From Candidatus Poribacteria bacterium (lineage in GTDB: Bacteria; Poribacteria; WGA-4E; PCPOR2b): a stretch of 64,000 nt of DNA. The stretch lies in the NCBI GenBank assembly GCA_965218095.1, contig OZ244587.1, forward strand, positions 4,736,001 through 4,800,000, in the 5' to 3' direction. Positions within the stretch are counted from its first letter, which is position 1. Each line of letters begins with the position of its first letter. The notes under the pieces were generated by a model that was not told the DNA's origin, did no database searches, and saw only the letters and a program-made list of their open reading frames with translations. Positions 47,433-58,761 of this stretch are shown here, one piece after another. The position numbers were made by a program, and so were the translations under genes.

Positions 47433-47744
47433 CGGTTGTAGGGGCAATGCCTTGTGCTTGCCCATAGTAGAGGTGAGATTGAAACCTACACGCCGCTGAC
47501 AGTTCGATAGCGGTTGTAGGGGCAATGCCTTGTGCTTGCCCATAGTAGAGGTGAGATTGAAACCTACGCGCCACTGACAGTTCGATAGCGGTTGTAGGGG
47601 CAATGCCTTGTGCTTGCCCATAGTAGAGGTGAGATTGAAACCTACGCGCCACTGACGGTTCGATAGCGGTTGTAGGGGCAATGCCTTGTGCTTGCCCATA
47701 GTAGAGGTGAGATTGAAACCTACGCGCCACTGACGGTTCAATAG
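47397..47744 (+). repeat. 78-bp tandem repeat (4 full copies + 1 partial): cas1 3' end plus a REP palindrome
   Basis: Units start at 47397, 47475, 47553, 47631 and 47709; each full unit contains GTAGGGGCAATGCCTTGTGCTTGCCC. Confidence 0.95.
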
Positions 47745-47763
47745 GCTGTCGGAGGAGAAACCG

Positions 47764-48036
47764 ATGTTTTACGCAGTTGCCTATGATATTACCAATGACC
47801 GGCGGCGAAACGCAGTTGCCAAAATTTTGCTAGATTTCGGCACACGCATCCAATATAGTATATTTGAGTGCAACACCGATCGACGCGCTTACCTCCGGCT
47901 ACAAGATCGGCTTCAGGATGCCATCAATCCCAAGGAGGATGCTGTGACTTTCTATCATCTCTGCCGGTCCTGCGAGAAGGGGATCGAACGGATTGGTATC
48001 AAAAAAGGAATTGACAAAGCCGCGTATATCGTTTAG
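47764..48036 (+). CDS. cas2: CRISPR-associated endonuclease Cas2
   Basis: YAVAYDI.NDRRR, RIQYSIFEC, LCRSC; GGAGGAG RBS. Confidence 0.96.
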   Translation: MFYAVAYDITNDRRRNAVAKILLDFGTRIQYSIFECNTDRRAYLRLQDRLQDAINPKEDAVTFYHLCRSCEKGIERIGIKKGIDKAAYIV

Positions 48037-48268
48037 CATCCAAATCGGGCATAAGGGCATTCGGGTTCGGAAAACTCAACTGTCAACCGCTGAGCTAACA
48101 AAAAGCGAAGTGTCCGACAGGATCGGTGAAGAGACTGTTATGATAGGGGTTTGACGATGTACCTTTTTGAAAATCGCCCATTTCAACTGGATCAACAACT
48201 GAAACATCCAAGTCTGACAGAAAGCAGTGTTCAAAATGCTTGCTGTTACTGGCTTTCAAATGGTCGCT
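48037..48268 (+). promoter_or_regulatory. CRISPR leader
   Basis: Non-coding region between cas2 and the first perfect repeat; degenerate repeats lie at the opposite end of the array. Confidence 0.75.
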
Positions 48269-51200
48269 CGATCAATGATAAGAATCTCGATTACGAGATT
48301 GAAACGCAAATATCGTGAAAATGGCGGGGTTGTATGGGTGGACGATCAATGATAAGAATCTCGATTACGAGATTGAAACATGTCAACGAAACGGTACAAC
48401 AACTCGCCGATGATGCGATCAATGATAAGAATCTCGATTACGAGATTGAAACGTAAAAGGTGGGAGATGCCCCCAGCTGGGTTGCTGGGCGATCAATGAT
48501 AAGAATCTCGATTACGAGATTGAAACTACATTAATAATGAGCCGCTCCGCGACTTTGGTGGTGACGATCAATGATAAGAATCTCGATTACGAGATTGAAA
48601 CAAATATCATCGGGATGATCTACCAATTTATCCGCAATCGATCAATGATAAGAATCTCGATTACGAGATTGAAACCAACGCTCGGGTTGCGACATCGACA
48701 CTCCCAAACCCTCGATCAATGATAAGAATCTCGATTACGAGATTGAAACGCATCAGTAATGATATACTCCGACGAAGCGAACCTGTCCGATCAATGATAA
48801 GAATCTCGATTACGAGATTGAAACTACATTATGATAGCAATGGCAACCACAACGGCTATACGATCAATGATAAGAATCTCGATTACGAGATTGAAACTCA
48901 CCGGTGCTAACGACATCCGACGGAATACCCGGCTCGATCAATGATAAGAATCTCGATTACGAGATTGAAACCAGGTGAGGGAATCGCTTTCAGATCGCGA
49001 GATACGCACGATCAATGATAAGAATCTCGATTACGAGATTGAAACATAATCCTCAGCATCATACGCTTCAAACGGTTTAATCGATCAATGATAAGAATCT
49101 CGATTACGAGATTGAAACGGAACGCCGGCGCTGCATACAGTGTTTAATCGCGCCTTCGATCAATGATAAGAATCTCGATTACGAGATTGAAACACTGCCA
49201 TGCTTTCCAGAGAGTCATAGTGCGGTCGCCGATCAATGATAAGAATCTCGATTACGAGATTGAAACTGAGACAACCTGTACTTTTCAATCCTCCAGTGAA
49301 CACCGATCAATGATAAGAATCTCGATTACGAGATTGAAACGACAAAGAGCGGATCAGAACTCTCCTCAGTATCCCCGATCAATGATAAGAATCTCGATTA
49401 CGAGATTGAAACGACAGCCTCCGAGAAGAAGCCCGACGACTCAACATCACCCCCGCGATCAATGATAAGAATCTCGATTACGAGATTGAAACCTGGGTGG
49501 AACGGCGCAATGGGATAGCGACGAATTTCGACGATCAATGATAAGAATCTCGATTACGAGATTGAAACACATGGCATGGAAACTCGGGCTGATGGGAATC
49601 TGGGATCGATCAATGATAAGAATCTCGATTACGAGATTGAAACAAGTCCAAAATCGTCCCGTCCAGCAACAACACCTCTAAAACGATCAATGATAAGAAT
49701 CTCGATTACGAGATTGAAACAGAGATTCGCTGGGAATTAGGCGCATCCTCATCGAGGCGATCAATGATAAGAATCTCGATTACGAGATTGAAACTACCAC
49801 GACCGCGAAGGGCGCCCCCGACAGTATCTTCCGATCAATGATAAGAATCTCGATTACGAGATTGAAACCAAGTACCACTTCGATGTTGCCACTCACCGTC
49901 GCGGTGTTCGATCAATGATAAGAATCTCGATTACGAGATTGAAACCAGCAAGTCAGGGTACGATTTGCGAGTCTGCCCGATGACGATCAATGATAAGAAT
50001 CTCGATTACGAGATTGAAACAAAACGGTAGGACCAACAACGAAATTTGGACAGGCAGCTCGATCAATGATAAGAATCTCGATTACGAGATTGAAACTGTA
50101 AACGATAATGACGATCTTGAAGTCGGCACACAATTCGATCAATGATAAGAATCTCGATTACGAGATTGAAACAGCTATAACCAAGACCGCATCCTGATTC
50201 CGATGGAGATTCGATCAATGATAAGAATCTCGATTACGAGATTGAAACAAGTCCAAAATCGTCCCGTCCAGCAACAACACCTCTAAAACGATCAATGATA
50301 AGAATCTCGATTACGAGATTGAAACGACTGAGTTCTATCGAGAATACCCGTCAACGCCGGAGGACGATCAATGATAAGAATCTCGATTACGAGATTGAAA
50401 CTCCCCGTCGTCGCCGCAGACAGCGCACCCGACGCCCCGATCAATGATAAGAATCTCGATTACGAGATTGAAACGCGAAACGTGCGATTTCTCTGCCGAA
50501 GCGGATGGAGATACGATCAATGATAAGAATCTCGATTACGAGATTGAAACCAGCGAATATCTTGGGACCCATCCTCTGCTGATCGTATCATCGATCAATG
50601 ATAAGAATCTCGATTACGAGATTGAAACGAAGGGCACACCATTGATGTACAATCGATAATCGAACTCGATCAATGATAAGAATCTCGATTACGAGATTGA
50701 AACCACTGGGGCATCCATCAGTACCGATTGAGATATACGAATCGATCAATGATAAGAATCTCGATTACGAGATTGAAACTTGTGATCCACCTGCGCCCAT
50801 CGCGCTATCTGCCTGTCGATCAATGATAAGAATCTCGATTACGAGATTGAAACACAGGCACGATTTCAGGAAAGACGGTCATCCCGTTTGACGATCAATG
50901 ATAAGAATCTCGATTACGAGATTGAAACGAGATTCAACAGATCCCGCGCTGCACCCCGCCGTCCCGACGATCAATGATAAGAATCTCGATTACGAGATTG
51001 AAACTACCATGCCAGAAATAGCGGTTCAAAGTTGCTTTCGCGATCAATGATAAGAATCTCGATTACGAGATTGAAACACAGACGCATCATCGGTATCGGG
51101 GTCAACCACCGCTTCCGATCAATGATAAGAATCTCGATTACGAGATTGAAACTTCTATAATCCAAATAGTTCAAAAATACTCAGTGTTCGATCAATGATA

Positions 51201-53142
51201 AGAATCTCGATTACGAGATTGAAACCGTTGAAAGGTGGGAATATGGCAAAGATTCAATTAGGCGATCAATGATAAGAATCTCGATTACGAGATTGAAACA
51301 ACATCATCAAACGGCAGGATAAATTCACCCGATGTTGCGATCAATGATAAGAATCTCGATTACGAGATTGAAACTCAAGGCATTTACTCCTTCGAGGGAT
51401 GGCGGGCTGAGGAGCGATCAATGATAAGAATCTCGATTACGAGATTGAAACCAGTGGCTGCTTCGTTGCGCGGATACCACCGCTTGCGATCAATGATAAG
51501 AATCTCGATTACGAGATTGAAACGCGGCGGTGAGTTACTTTCCCTTGTTCAATCCGGCTACCCGATCAATGATAAGAATCTCGATTACGAGATTGAAACC
51601 GGAACTGGATCAACTGACTGAGCAGGGTAAGCAGAACGATCAATGATAAGAATCTCGATTACGAGATTGAAACTAACGTCTCGCGTCTCATGTTCCGCGT
51701 CTGCCGGTGCGATCAATGATAAGAATCTCGATTACGAGATTGAAACTGGTGCGCAAGTGCTGGGTGCGCGTGCGGGTCGTGCCAAGCGATCAATGATAAG
51801 AATCTCGATTACGAGATTGAAACAGCCGTTGGTATCACGTCTTTGTGGGTTTCGTCAACGATCAATGATAAGAATCTCGATTACGAGATTGAAACGAAAC
51901 CAATAATCGTGTACCATTTTTGATACGATTCGCCACGATCAATGATAAGAATCTCGATTACGAGATTGAAACTCTGAAGATTTCAGCGTTATCAATCAAA
52001 TACGCTTTACGATCAATGATAAGAATCTCGATTACGAGATTGAAACAGAAATGACTTCCCATTCGGAACGTGGCAAGTTTATACGATCAACGATAAGACA
52101 CTCGATTGCGAGATTGAAACAAACCCAAACCAGAGGCATGGATAAAGTGTGGATAACGATCAACGATAAGAATCTCGATTACGAGATTGAAACATGAATG
52201 AACACCACCAGAAGATTTGTTGATGGCTGTACGATCAACGATAAGAATCTCGATTACGAGATTGAAGCTGCTGAGCTCTCACCATGTGGAAGTCGGCGTG
52301 AAGCGATCAACGATAAGACACTCGATTACGAGATTGAAACTTCCCACACCTCTCGTGGCAGTGTCTGAGGTTCAGGGAACGATCAACGATAAGACACTCG
52401 ATTGCGAGATTGAAACGGGGGTGGTATTGTATTTGTTGCGTGAGTCCGTGTTTTCGATCAACGATAAGAATCTCGATTACGAGATTGAAACCCGCAGCCG
52501 GCGGAGCGGAGAATACAGCGCATTCAACGATCAATGATAAGAATCTCGATTACGAGATTGAAACTTATCAGACAGTACCACTTCAAGCCCATTTAATCTG
52601 CGATCAACGATAAGAATCTCGATTACGAGATTGAAACAGCGGTGCAAACCGATTAAGGCGCCAGGCCTCGAACAACGATCAACGATAAGAATCTCAATTA
52701 CGAGATTGAAACATGGTAGAGGGTAAGAAAGCTCACCAGATGGAGATCGCCGCCGATCAACGATAAGACACTCGATTGCGAGATTGAAACAGTTTCGATT
52801 TGACTCCCATCAGTTTGACTCCTTTTTTTTGTGCATGCACAAGAAAATTCGCCGCACGATCAACGATAAGATTCTCGATTACGAGATTGAAACGTGGAAA
52901 ACAGATGAAATACAAAAAGCCATCGGAAACTCCCGATGCTTCTGTTGAAGTCGGCGTTGAAAAAGATGCTGTTGATGGATTCTCTTACGGTGTTCTGGAG
53001 CGAGTCACGGTATTGAGTCCATGCGGACCTCGGATCAGGGAATCGATACCTGTTGCCTCCCACGACGTAAGAAATGAAGCGCGAGTTGCGGCGGGGGAAA
53101 CAGAACAACCTACGATAAGACTCTCGATTACGAGATTGAAAC
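48269..53142 (+). CRISPR. CRISPR array, 37-bp repeat CGATCAATGATAAGAATCTCGATTACGAGATTGAAAC, about 63 repeats / 62 spacers
   Basis: Manual count; spacers mostly 35-43 nt; hairpin AATCTCG-ATTA-CGAGATT; 3' ATTGAAAC; variant repeats from 52084 onward. Confidence 0.98.
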
Positions 53143-53390
53143 ATAACCCTGACGGTTTTAATTCATTGCTTGTAACCGTTCAGGGGGTAGCGCTGGTCGA
53201 ATAGGCAGAACCGTATTGAGACCAACGAGTTTTTCACTTAGCTACCTCAGACCGACTGGAACCAGTAAATATGCGGGTTTGAGAACAGAATATTCGACTC
53301 GCAGGACACTGATTATGACTGAATTCCTGCCATAACTGAAAAAGTTGTATTTCTAACCAGAAATTACTGACAAAGAGGTTCAAAAGTCAA

Positions 53391-54563
53391 TTGAAATTTG
53401 ACGCCCAGCGAGCGTATTATTATATTGCCCAGCTTGCCTTTCCAAGGGCGGTTGGCAGCGCGGGAAAATCCAAAGCACGGGCTTATATCGTCAAGCAACT
53501 TACACAGCTCGGATTAAGCGTGGAGCAGGAGGCGTTTGACTTTACCTTATTTCCCGCCGAGGTCTTGCCTCGCTTGATCTCGGCGGCCTACACCGTTGGC
53601 GTGATAGGCGTTTGCTGGCTGAGTGGCAACCGACCAACAGGCGCCAGCCTTTTATGCGTCGGTATGTTGGTGATTGCCCTATCGCTAACGCGCTGGCAGA
53701 AAAGACTGGAATGGCTCTATAATGTTGGCAGAGCACACACGTCAAAAAATATCGTCGCCACAAGTACGCCATCTATTGGTGCAAATTTCGATTTCATCTT
53801 CGTCGCGCATTACGACTCCAAGTCGCAGGTGCTGTCGATTGCAGTGAGGGCGTTATGTTATTATGTTGCCGTCGTTGGTTTAATCGGATTGACGCTGCTA
53901 ATGCTCATTCAGATGTCTCCTTTGAAGGTCACATTGTCCTTGCCTTTGATCTGGCCGATTGGTGTCTCTATCTGTCTTTGCCTCCTGCTCTTGCAATTCA
54001 ACTTCACGCAAAACGGTTCCCCCGGCGCATTTGACAATGCCTCTGGTGTTGGTGTCTTGCTGGAGCTCGCCCGTTGCCTTGCAGCACAGCCGCTGACCAA
54101 CAAGGTGCGCCTGACTTTCCTATCGCCAGGGGCTGAAGAGTACGGGATGTGCGGCGCCCTGCGCTACATCCAACGGCACGCGGAAACCTACCATCCGGAT
54201 CGGACTTACGTCATCAACCTCGACAGCCTCGGCGCGAGCGGAAAACTGACCCTTATCACACGCTACGGAATTCCACCTGTGGCGACAAGCAGAAGCCTGG
54301 GTCAAGCCATTATCGCATACGGGAGGGAAATTGGCGTTGAAGTTTCGGAGATCTATTCGCTGACAGGTGTTGGATTCGATCAGATTCCAATTGCCAGTCG
54401 CGGATTTGAAGCTGTAACACTGTCGTCGGGCGGATTTGGTGGGGCTGCCTTAAAAATTCACTCCAAACGCGATCGAATCGATCTGATTCACGAGGACAGC
54501 TTACAGCAGGTTGGGGATGTGCTCGTGCATTGTGTGGAACGGGAATACAAGATGCAGATCTGA
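53391..54563 (+). CDS. M28 family metallopeptidase with transmembrane segments
   Basis: AHYDS, GAFDNASG, GAEEYG, INLD, IHSKRD. Confidence 0.88.
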   Translation: MKFDAQRAYYYIAQLAFPRAVGSAGKSKARAYIVKQLTQLGLSVEQEAFDFTLFPAEVLPRLISAAYTVGVIGVCWLSGNRPTGASLLCVGMLVIALSLTRWQKRLEWLYNVGRAHTSKNIVATSTPSIGANFDFIFVAHYDSKSQVLSIAVRALCYYVAVVGLIGLTLLMLIQMSPLKVTLSLPLIWPIGVSICLCLLLLQFNFTQNGSPGAFDNASGVGVLLELARCLAAQPLTNKVRLTFLSPGAEEYGMCGALRYIQRHAETYHPDRTYVINLDSLGASGKLTLITRYGIPPVATSRSLGQAIIAYGREIGVEVSEIYSLTGVGFDQIPIASRGFEAVTLSSGGFGGAALKIHSKRDRIDLIHEDSLQQVGDVLVHCVEREYKMQI

Positions 54564-54598
54564 ATCCTGAATCTCTGAATCCACGAAGGGTCATTCAA

Positions 54599-55240
54599 AT
54601 GCAAAATCACATGGAAGCAACCACGGGCGTCATCCTCGCCGGTGGATGCAGTCGCCGGATGGGGCAGAACAAGGCGTTGATGCGTTTGGGAAATGAGGCG
54701 ATCATCGCCCATGTCGTCCGCCAGATGCGAGCCGTCACAGATGAGCTCCTGCTAATCACGAATACGCCAGAACTATACGCTCATTTGGGCTTGCCGATGC
54801 ATGCGGATATCCTGTCAGACATGGGCACATTAGGCGGCATCTACACCGGGCTGACTTACGCTGTAAACAGCACCGCGCTCTGTGTCGGCTGCGATATGCC
54901 ACTGTTGCAGCCGAATCTCTTATCTCACCTGATTGCCATCTTGGGAGAATATGATGCTGTCGTTCCATGCGTGAAAAAAGTTAATCGACCTGTCCCCATC
55001 TTCCAAACGCTATCCGCCGTTTATTCCAAACGGTGTTTGCCGGTCATCGATCAGATGCTCGCGGAGGGAGAATTGCGCGTTCATGCGCTGTACGAGCGAA
55101 TCTCCGTCCGTATCGTCGAACCCAATGAATGGCAGGCGCTTGATTTACAGGGACTGTCGTTTTTCAATATTAACACACCTGAAGATTTTGAAAAAGCAAA
55201 GCAGATGAAGATGGAGGGAAATGGCCATGCTAAGTGTTGA
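54599..55240 (+). CDS. mobA: Molybdenum cofactor guanylyltransferase
   Basis: GVILAGG.SRRMGQNKA, GCDMP, FFNINTPED. Confidence 0.93.
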   Translation: MQNHMEATTGVILAGGCSRRMGQNKALMRLGNEAIIAHVVRQMRAVTDELLLITNTPELYAHLGLPMHADILSDMGTLGGIYTGLTYAVNSTALCVGCDMPLLQPNLLSHLIAILGEYDAVVPCVKKVNRPVPIFQTLSAVYSKRCLPVIDQMLAEGELRVHALYERISVRIVEPNEWQALDLQGLSFFNINTPEDFEKAKQMKMEGNGHAKC

Positions 55241-56429
55241 AGAAGCGCGTAAACGAATGCTGGACACCATTACCGTTTTATCCACAGAGACGTGCAGCAT
55301 TTCAGACAGCCTTGGGTATGTGCTTGCCGAGGGTGTCTATGCCAGCGAGAACATACCACCGTTTCACAACTCAGCGATGGATGGCTTCGCTGTGATTGCC
55401 GAAGATATATCAAACGCTTCCAAAGATTGCCCGGCCCAGCTTTCAGTCATTGAAATCATCCCGGCGGGATATGCGCCGACTAAGCGAGTTGTGCGGGGAC
55501 AAGCGGCGCAAATCATGACCGGCGCCATGATGCCCGAAGGTGCGGATGCCGTTGTGATGAAGGAAGTGACGCAGTTGGAAGGGGATGAAGTCACAATCTT
55601 TGAGGGGATAGAAAAAGATGGAAACGTCCGGTTCACAGGCGAAAGTGTGAAGCAGGGCGATCTGGTCATGTCCAGAGGGAAGCTCATCCGTCCGCAGGAG
55701 ATCGCGATGTTTGCTTCGCTGAACCGATCGGAAGTGAAAGTTTACAGATGTCCAAAAGTCGCGGTGGTTTCCACGGGCGATGAGCTCACGCCGCTCGGCG
55801 AGGCGCTGAAGCCGGGTAAGATTCGGGATAGCAACCGCTACGGCATCTGCGCACAGATCGAAGAGGCGGGGTGTTATCCGATTGACATGGGAATTGCCCG
55901 TGATGATGAGGCAGAGACAGAACGCAAGTTCCGCGATGCGTTGGATCAGGCGGACGCGCTCATCACCAGCGGCGGCGTTTCTGTTGGAGAATACGATGTG
56001 GTCAAAACGGTGCTATCCAGGCTCGGTGAGATCAATTTCTGGCGAGTGGCGATGAAGCCGGGAAAACCGCAGGCTTACGGCATCGCTGACGGCAAGCCAA
56101 TCTTCGGATTGCCGGGGAATCCGGTGTCTTCGCTGGTTGTGTTTGAGCTCTTTGTCCGTCCAGCTCTGCTCAAAATGGCGGGTCACGCCAGCCTACTTCG
56201 TCCGACCTTCAAAGCAGTTTTGGAAGAAGGTGTCGTCAACAGAGATGGGCGGGTCAGCTATATGCGGTCGATCATCACACCGTGTGACGGGAAGTATTAC
56301 GCGAAGACGACGGGACCACAGGGTTCGGGCATCCTCTACTCACTTGTCTTGGCGAATGGCTTTATTGTTATTCCGCCGGGAGCAGCGATGAAGGCTGGCG
56401 AAGTCGTGGAAGCGCAGTTTATGGGATAA
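55221..56429 (+). CDS. moeA: Molybdopterin molybdotransferase
   Basis: SAMDGFA, IMTGA, STGDEL, TSGGVSVG, KPGKP, LPGNPVS. Confidence 0.96.
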   Translation: MAMLSVEEARKRMLDTITVLSTETCSISDSLGYVLAEGVYASENIPPFHNSAMDGFAVIAEDISNASKDCPAQLSVIEIIPAGYAPTKRVVRGQAAQIMTGAMMPEGADAVVMKEVTQLEGDEVTIFEGIEKDGNVRFTGESVKQGDLVMSRGKLIRPQEIAMFASLNRSEVKVYRCPKVAVVSTGDELTPLGEALKPGKIRDSNRYGICAQIEEAGCYPIDMGIARDDEAETERKFRDALDQADALITSGGVSVGEYDVVKTVLSRLGEINFWRVAMKPGKPQAYGIADGKPIFGLPGNPVSSLVVFELFVRPALLKMAGHASLLRPTFKAVLEEGVVNRDGRVSYMRSIITPCDGKYYAKTTGPQGSGILYSLVLANGFIVIPPGAAMKAGEVVEAQFMG

Positions 56430-56774
56430 GCATGGGTTTGTGCTCGCGTTAAGGAATGGTCACCTGCATTTGCTGAAGTATCGCGATCGGGGGCCCTGTA
56501 GATCAGGAAGGCGAACACGATTGTATGGTTCTGGAGGATTCTGCAGCAAAGCCTGAAATTGTGTTCTAATTTCAGGGAGGTAGCGGTTATAATTTGTCAC
56601 CATTCGTCCATCTGTTGATGTTCACTATCCCCGAAGGACTTGTTTGATGCTTGCGTCGCTTGGATCTACTTCGATAACCAAATCACCACAACGGCGTCCT
56701 ACATAATCCTTTACCTCCGATCGCAAGGGACGCGCAATCTATGTGCTTTCCTGCTATTCATCACGTTTCACGCA

Positions 56775-57608
56775 TCACGCCTCCGGTATCTCGATCGGCA
56801 GATCCAGCCGATCTCCCCACTCTTTCCACGACCCAATATAGTTGCTGACTTTCGGGTAGCCCAAAAGCCGCAGCGCTAGATAGCCGTGGGAAGAGCGGTA
56901 TCCGCCCTGTCAGTAGGACATGACGCACTTTTCTGGCGTAATGCCTGCGGACTCGTAGAGCGTTCGGAGTTCAGCGGCAGGTTTGAACATGCCACCTTCG
57001 TCCAAGTTGTTGAGCCATTCGATATGGATGGAGCCGGGAATCGCGCCCCCTCGCGCAGATCTCGCAACGTGTGCGTAGTGCTCCGCATCGGTGCGCGTAT
57101 CGAGGACAGCAAAGTCATCTTGATTGAGCATGGCATGGATGGTATCTGCGTCTATATGGGCGTCCGGTTTTGCATCGGTCGGGAATGACGGAACATCCGA
57201 TGGCTCGACGCCTTCGGTGCTTATTCCTCCTCCTGCGGCGAGCCAAGCACTGAATCCACCGTCTAACACGCGGACATCTTCGTGCCCCAAATACTCGCAG
57301 AACCAGAACCCACGTGCAGCACAAACGCCCGACGTGTTTTCGTACCAAACGATTGTTTTTGTCGGGTCAACCCCACGGTCTCGGAAAAGGTAAGCGATCA
57401 TCCACATAAAAGCGTTGAACGGCTTTTCGCTCGTGTCGTTGAGACTGATTGCGAACAGATCGAGATGAATTGCGCCGGGGATATGCCTTTCGATATACTT
57501 GCGCGTTGGGCGCGTATCCACAATACATACTGAGCCATCGTCGAGTCGGTTCATCAATTCTTCGGCGGAAATCAGTAACTGTGGATTAACATAGCCTTTG
57601 TCATTCAT
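56775..57608 (-). CDS. Two-domain rhodanese/sulfurtransferase with in-frame UGA (probable selenocysteine) at the catalytic site, 277 aa
   Basis: HIPGA, LDGG; ...VMSY-TGA(56912-56910)[31 protein letters not shown]...LPIE continues in frame to the stop at 56775. Confidence 0.85.
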
Positions 57609-57654
57609 TGTGTGCTCCTTTTTTTAGGGTTTAGGGTTTAACGAATTCCCAAAG

Positions 57655-58761
57655 CTAAAGCAAGACATTTCTTAGCTCAGTTGCACGCAGGATCTTGCAT
57701 CCATCAACCTCTATCGGTTCTTCAGCACCCCTACCATGGATTTCCTCTTGTAAGCGTTTCCACAATCCATTATCGCAAAAGGCGTGAGGTAGTTTATCAT
57801 CTACTACGCCAAAAAATTCAAAGTGGTTTGCTATATCTTCGACAGTCCAACTGGGCAAATTGTTCTGCTGGATGGAAAGGGCGATGGGGTGAATCTGTTC
57901 AGCACTAGGAGGGTGAGACAAGGTAAGGTGTTTGAGGACTATTTCTTTCCCTCTTGCATGTATTTCTTCGAGTGTCTTGTTTACCCATTTCAGATAACAA
58001 ATTTGACCATATGTCCTCTTCAAAGACTGATACCACCCCATCTTATCAAACATGTGACTCATTATTTCCCGAGAGATTATGAATCTGTCAATATTCCTTT
58101 CCTCTTTTCGCCTGTGTTTTGAGATCTGCATCTTTCCATCAAAGACCAAAGGATCTGGCTTCTCGTGGTGTAATGCGTGACAATAAGCGCACATGACACT
58201 ATAGTGCTCTTGTATAAAATCCTCATCGTGAGGAGAAGTTTTATATATTTCATCCTCAATACCCTCGTTGTGGTGAACATGCCAGGTGAATGGACTGTTC
58301 TGCTCCCTTTCGCGACAATCCTTGCACATAGACTTTTTGTTTTTGTCCTCACTAAGGCAACTTTTTATTCTCTCTATAATTCGATCGTGGGTATAGAAGC
58401 CGGGCTCGTAATCCTCATATTTCAAATAACCACCCTCTAAAGTGTCGATAAAGTCAACTCCGTAAACATCTAAATCCAAAAGTTTGATCCTATACTGTTC
58501 TATACTTAATGGCAGGATTGCCCTGACTATAAACACATGGGATTTAAAACGAATAGGCTTCAAATCCTTATAAAGGCTGATAGGGCTGTGACTAGTAGTT
58601 GCTTCAGCCTTTTTTATTGCTATTTTCTTGGCATCTGTATCACTCTCAGCTCGGATAGGCCATTTCTTCAAGCACTTAAAAGACTGTATTTCTTCCTCGC
58701 TTTCCAAATTTTCTTCCTTACTTGTAATAATTTTCTCAAGGATAGCCTCAAAAGACTTCAT
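57655..58761 (-). CDS. AT-rich hypothetical protein with an HNH-like zinc-binding motif
   Basis: CKDC...WHVHH...VMCAYCHALHH. Confidence 0.6.
   Translation of the reverse strand: MKSFEAILEKIITSKEENLESEEEIQSFKCLKKWPIRAESDTDAKKIAIKKAEATTSHSPISLYKDLKPIRFKSHVFIVRAILPLSIEQYRIKLLDLDVYGVDFIDTLEGGYLKYEDYEPGFYTHDRIIERIKSCLSEDKNKKSMCKDCREREQNSPFTWHVHHNEGIEDEIYKTSPHDEDFIQEHYSVMCAYCHALHHEKPDPLVFDGKMQISKHRRKEERNIDRFIISREIMSHMFDKMGWYQSLKRTYGQICYLKWVNKTLEEIHARGKEIVLKHLTLSHPPSAEQIHPIALSIQQNNLPSWTVEDIANHFEFFGVVDDKLPHAFCDNGLWKRLQEEIHGRGAEEPIEVDGCKILRATELRNVLL

Noticed and set aside
47338-47741. Minus-strand repetitive ORFs of 130 and 117 aa
   Set aside because: By-products of the 78-bp tandem repeat, whose length is a multiple of 3; no independent coding evidence
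52941-52980. Short similarities between the 212-nt spacer and the spacers near 52215 and 52290 (TGTTGATGG, GAAGTCGGCGT)
   Set aside because: Matches are 9-15 nt and in inconsistent order; cannot be distinguished from chance without statistics
48537-53204. ORFs with repeating MIRISITRLK / INDKNLDYEIET peptides
   Set aside because: They are translations of the CRISPR repeats, not genes
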